Source of the DNA: an uncultured virus (IMG/VR IMGVR_UViG_3300034629_000093)
Lineage: Duplodnaviria > Heunggongvirae > Uroviricota > Caudoviricetes
Virus record (IMG/VR): IMGVR_UViG_3300034629_000093
Strand: one strand, 5' to 3'
DNA length: 27,502 bases
Part shown: piece after piece, positions 24,865 through 27,502 of the stretch
Layout of the letters: every line of letters starts with the position of its first letter
Numbering within the stretch: position 1 is the first letter of the stretch
Program-made: the position numbers and the translations under genes
Notes under the pieces: generated by a model
The model's database searches: none
The model's input: the letters and a program-made list of their open reading frames with translations, nothing else
Told to the model about the DNA's origin: nothing

Positions 24865-26589
24865 AATACTAACCTCCCCATCCCCAAAACTACTAATATC
24901 CTCAAAATCAGCATCCTCAATATGATCACCAAAATAACCACGGGAATCCTTCACCTCGCCATATCCATCATGCGGATTATCCTTCGGTGGTTTTTTCTCC
25001 ACAAGAAACGGAGTATCCATTCCCATTAAATAGATCTTCGTTTTATCAAACGCATGGTCCTCCACGCTGGCGTCATGCTTGATATCCTCAGGGCGCTTCG
25101 GGTCAGCTTCTAAAGCAACGATCTCATCAATCGTATTCACACAAATACGATTATAAATAGTATATCCCTCATTATCCTTCTCACCTGAATCCGTTTTTGC
25201 AAAATAAAGAAGAGGCTCAGTAACCACATTGCCATCCTCATTCATTTCATAATGCAAAGCAGCACCAACAGCCATGGCTGCAGTAACGCGATCGCTGGTA
25301 ATTTGAATACAATACAATCCATATTCCTCCTCCAGTATTTTTTGCCAAGTAAGCTCATTCGCTTGCAAAGAATACTGTTCCCGCTTCGCAAACATAAAAC
25401 GATCACCAAATACAACCTCCGGCATACGTCCACGAACCCAAGAGCATCGTTTCCAGTCAGCAACAATCTCTCGAATGTGCTGGCGCATGTCACCCTTTTG
25501 GTAATAATCCGTCAACTGAAACGATTTCCCCTCCGGAGTTTTCGCATACAAACTAGCCGCACATGTCACTCCACTATCAATACTAGCATACAATTCCCAT
25601 TCCATCGGTATAAAAGGACCATGCTTATCAACATATCCCCTCAAATTCAAGTACTCATTAAGATCAATTTCATGGATACCGGGGTGTATTTCATATTTCA
25701 ATCCCTGGAACGCAGTAGGGTCGCCCTTTAAGTAAGCGGTACGGTATGGTTCCTCATATCCACGAAGCATCTGCACATACTCAGGGTCATTATCCATCCC
25801 AATCTTATTATCCTCCATACTCGCAAACAAGTACGTATAATCATCAGGGTTTTCATCCCATTCACCAGTCTTTTCATCCTTTAAATATTTATCCCGTCGC
25901 TGGATCGGGTCATGCTCATGGGAACAACCATCCCAAAACCACCGCTTCAAAATACCGTGGCCTTTCTCACCCCAGTTAAAGCAATACATTAATTTAGGAG
26001 AGTAATACGTATCTCGCCATAATTGCTGAATCTCATTTATTCGATCAATATCCTCTGCTTCTTCAGCCTTCTTCTTCTCGATACCCAAACGGGTAGCCCA
26101 GTTACTACTAATTCGGCTAAAACCACAAATCCCGCGCAAGGTTCTCAGAGTAAACGGCGTAAATTTTTGAGCCTCATCAATCAGCACGATATCCCAACGC
26201 TGTCCGTTAAGCATCATCGCATCACTATCACTCTTAACCTGTTGGAATTTTATAATCGATCCCCACTTCGGAACCGTAAATTGCTTATCCGTGGCATTCC
26301 ATTTAACAATACCCGCATCAAGGTAATCTTTCAAAAGCTGTTTTAACGGGTCAATATGCAAAGACTTCATATCCTTGTAGCTGTGACCAATAATCATAAT
26401 AGCTACAGGGCGTTCTAAGGCATGCAAACTCGCAACATAATCAATCGTCCAACTCTTGCCATTAAACTTACTACCACCATAACCCACCATCTTTTTTTTA
26501 GCGAGGGGGTGCATAGCCATTGCAGCTTTCGCCTGGGCGGGCTGTGGCTCAAAAGGAAATACTATTTCACCGCCCTGTTGTTGCATCAA
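24862..26589 (-). CDS. terL: Terminase large subunit (575 aa)
   Basis: Q motif PQPAQ, Walker A GGSKFNGKS, Walker B IVLIDEA, motif III CFN, RNase H nuclease motifs SIDSG, VFGD and EDHAFD. Confidence 0.93.
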   Translation of the reverse strand: MMQQQGGEIVFPFEPQPAQAKAAMAMHPLAKKKMVGYGGSKFNGKSWTIDYVASLHALERPVAIMIIGHSYKDMKSLHIDPLKQLLKDYLDAGIVKWNATDKQFTVPKWGSIIKFQQVKSDSDAMMLNGQRWDIVLIDEAQKFTPFTLRTLRGICGFSRISSNWATRLGIEKKKAEEAEDIDRINEIQQLWRDTYYSPKLMYCFNWGEKGHGILKRWFWDGCSHEHDPIQRRDKYLKDEKTGEWDENPDDYTYLFASMEDNKIGMDNDPEYVQMLRGYEEPYRTAYLKGDPTAFQGLKYEIHPGIHEIDLNEYLNLRGYVDKHGPFIPMEWELYASIDSGVTCAASLYAKTPEGKSFQLTDYYQKGDMRQHIREIVADWKRCSWVRGRMPEVVFGDRFMFAKREQYSLQANELTWQKILEEEYGLYCIQITSDRVTAAMAVGAALHYEMNEDGNVVTEPLLYFAKTDSGEKDNEGYTIYNRICVNTIDEIVALEADPKRPEDIKHDASVEDHAFDKTKIYLMGMDTPFLVEKKPPKDNPHDGYGEVKDSRGYFGDHIEDADFEDISSFGDGEVSI

Positions 26590-26789
26590 TCAATCCAATC
26601 TGTCCATACCCATTTTACGGGGTGATATTTTTTAGGTCGCTGCAATCGCTGTTTCTTCTCGCAAGTCTCACAACTCCGGGCAAAACCATGCTTTTTAGTA
26701 GGTCTGCCTCTTTTATCAGAACATACAAATCGGTAAATCTCATAATTATGAATTCCGAGTTGGCAAAAAATCAGGTAAATAAATCTCAT
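26586..26789 (-). CDS. Small putative Zn-binding phage protein (DUF1660-like C..GxH...CxxC), 67 aa
   Basis: FCQLGIHNY...RSCETCE; ATGA overlaps with both neighbours. Confidence 0.6.
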   Translation of the reverse strand: MRFIYLIFCQLGIHNYEIYRFVCSDKRGRPTKKHGFARSCETCEKKQRLQRPKKYHPVKWVWTDWID

Positions 26790-27502
26790 AGCTCCGGTAG
26801 TTCGTTTTCATTTAACTCATAAAAAACCTTAATCACACGGTTAAAAGTGCTGGTTCCAAGGTTGCTCTGTTCCCGTAGTTTTTCAGGGCTTAAACCTTGG
26901 TTCATTGTTCTAAAAATGGTACGTATCCCATAAAACGTAGCGCTGCTAATCCCCGCTTTTTTTTGTATTTGCCAAGGCAGAAGAGCATCCGTTTCATCCT
27001 TATAGCCTCGCATTAAAAATTTAATCGTAGTTCTAATACTTGCATCATCAACTCCGGGGCGTCCAAGTTTAACACCTTTTTTGCGGGCGGTTTTCACCCC
27101 TTTAATAGTTCGTGCCCTATGCTCCAAATCCCGAACTTTGAACAAACTCTTAAAAGTATCCCAAATAAAATTCTGAGCGGTTTTACTCGTATCAATACCC
27201 TCATGCAAGCAAATAAGATTTATATCTCGTCTCATTAAAACTTCAAGCACTCGTTCAAAATCATTAAAAGAAAGCGCAATTTGGTCCAACGAATAAACAA
27301 TCAATCCATCAACCGGTTTAGAATCTAAAAACTCCAACAATGCATTAAACTCCGGGCGGGGGTTAGGGATTTTATAATTCAGATCCACAAAAGTTTTAAT
27401 TAGCAATCCGTCACGGTAATGAACCTCACGTTCCAGCTCTTTAATAAAATCCGTAGCCGTTCCATCGAAAGAGCAATCATAAATGGTAAACTTTTTTTTC
27501 AC
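26786..27502 (-). CDS. Serine resolvase/invertase-family protein with degenerate catalytic motifs and tandem C-terminal HTHs (238 aa; start at window edge)
   Basis: RPEFNALL, LIVYSLD, EGIDTS, RTIKGVKTARKKGVKLGRP are resolvase motifs; YxRVS appears as YDCS and DRLxR as DQIAL. Confidence 0.8.
   Translation of the reverse strand: MKKKFTIYDCSFDGTATDFIKELEREVHYRDGLLIKTFVDLNYKIPNPRPEFNALLEFLDSKPVDGLIVYSLDQIALSFNDFERVLEVLMRRDINLICLHEGIDTSKTAQNFIWDTFKSLFKVRDLEHRARTIKGVKTARKKGVKLGRPGVDDASIRTTIKFLMRGYKDETDALLPWQIQKKAGISSATFYGIRTIFRTMNQGLSPEKLREQSNLGTSTFNRVIKVFYELNENELPEL

Noticed and set aside
29..25493. Short alternative-frame minus-strand ORFs (29, 4772, 5542, 6586, 7626, 9729, 11813, 13170, 14987, 17632, 18310, 20234, 25242)
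   Set aside because: Each is nested out of frame inside a longer, well-supported gene; the Met/Leu/Arg-rich composition is expected from the G/T-ending codon bias.
657..26822. All plus-strand ORFs in the track
   Set aside because: They are antisense shadows of long minus-strand genes or run through repeat arrays (16668, 16688), and show no recognisable motifs.
1..27502. TAG stop-codon reassignment as in some crAss-like phages
   Set aside because: Long genes are intact under the standard code with no internal TAG, TAG falls at plausible protein ends, and some TAGs are backed directly by TGA.
20573..27502. Invertase-driven tail-fibre switching or a diversity-generating retroelement
   Set aside because: The recombinase lacks catalytic arginines; I found no inverted partial fibre copies or crossover sites, no reverse transcriptase and no TR/VR pair in the window.

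Overview
The window is the packaging and morphogenesis region of a tailed phage or prophage, probably podovirus-like (no tape measure, tube or sheath gene is visible). All real genes are on the minus strand. Order from the right end: degenerate serine resolvase-like gene, small Cys/His protein, large terminase, three tail-fibre/spike genes (one a duplicated BNR propeller protein), adaptor, unknown gene, portal, two small candidate anti-defence genes (one DUF2829/Tad2-like), scaffold, unknown gene, N4-gp56-family major capsid, second adaptor, tail nozzle and two small ejection-type proteins. Last comes a giant gene of at least 1671 codons (5015 down to <1) that is absent from the ORF track because it has no stop in the window. 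Manual translation of that gene shows a polyvalent ejection-type protein with a shrunken DNA Pol III beta-clamp-like domain and a HEIGH metallopeptidase. Nearly every intergenic space is filled with strand-oriented degenerate 7-mer arrays and GC-rich branched hairpins, and the same elements lie in frame inside several genes. The capsid gene has a structured leader with repeated UGACC-loop hairpins. A Bacteroidota/FCB-group host is my inference only. All family assignments come from motif recognition by eye, with no database search.
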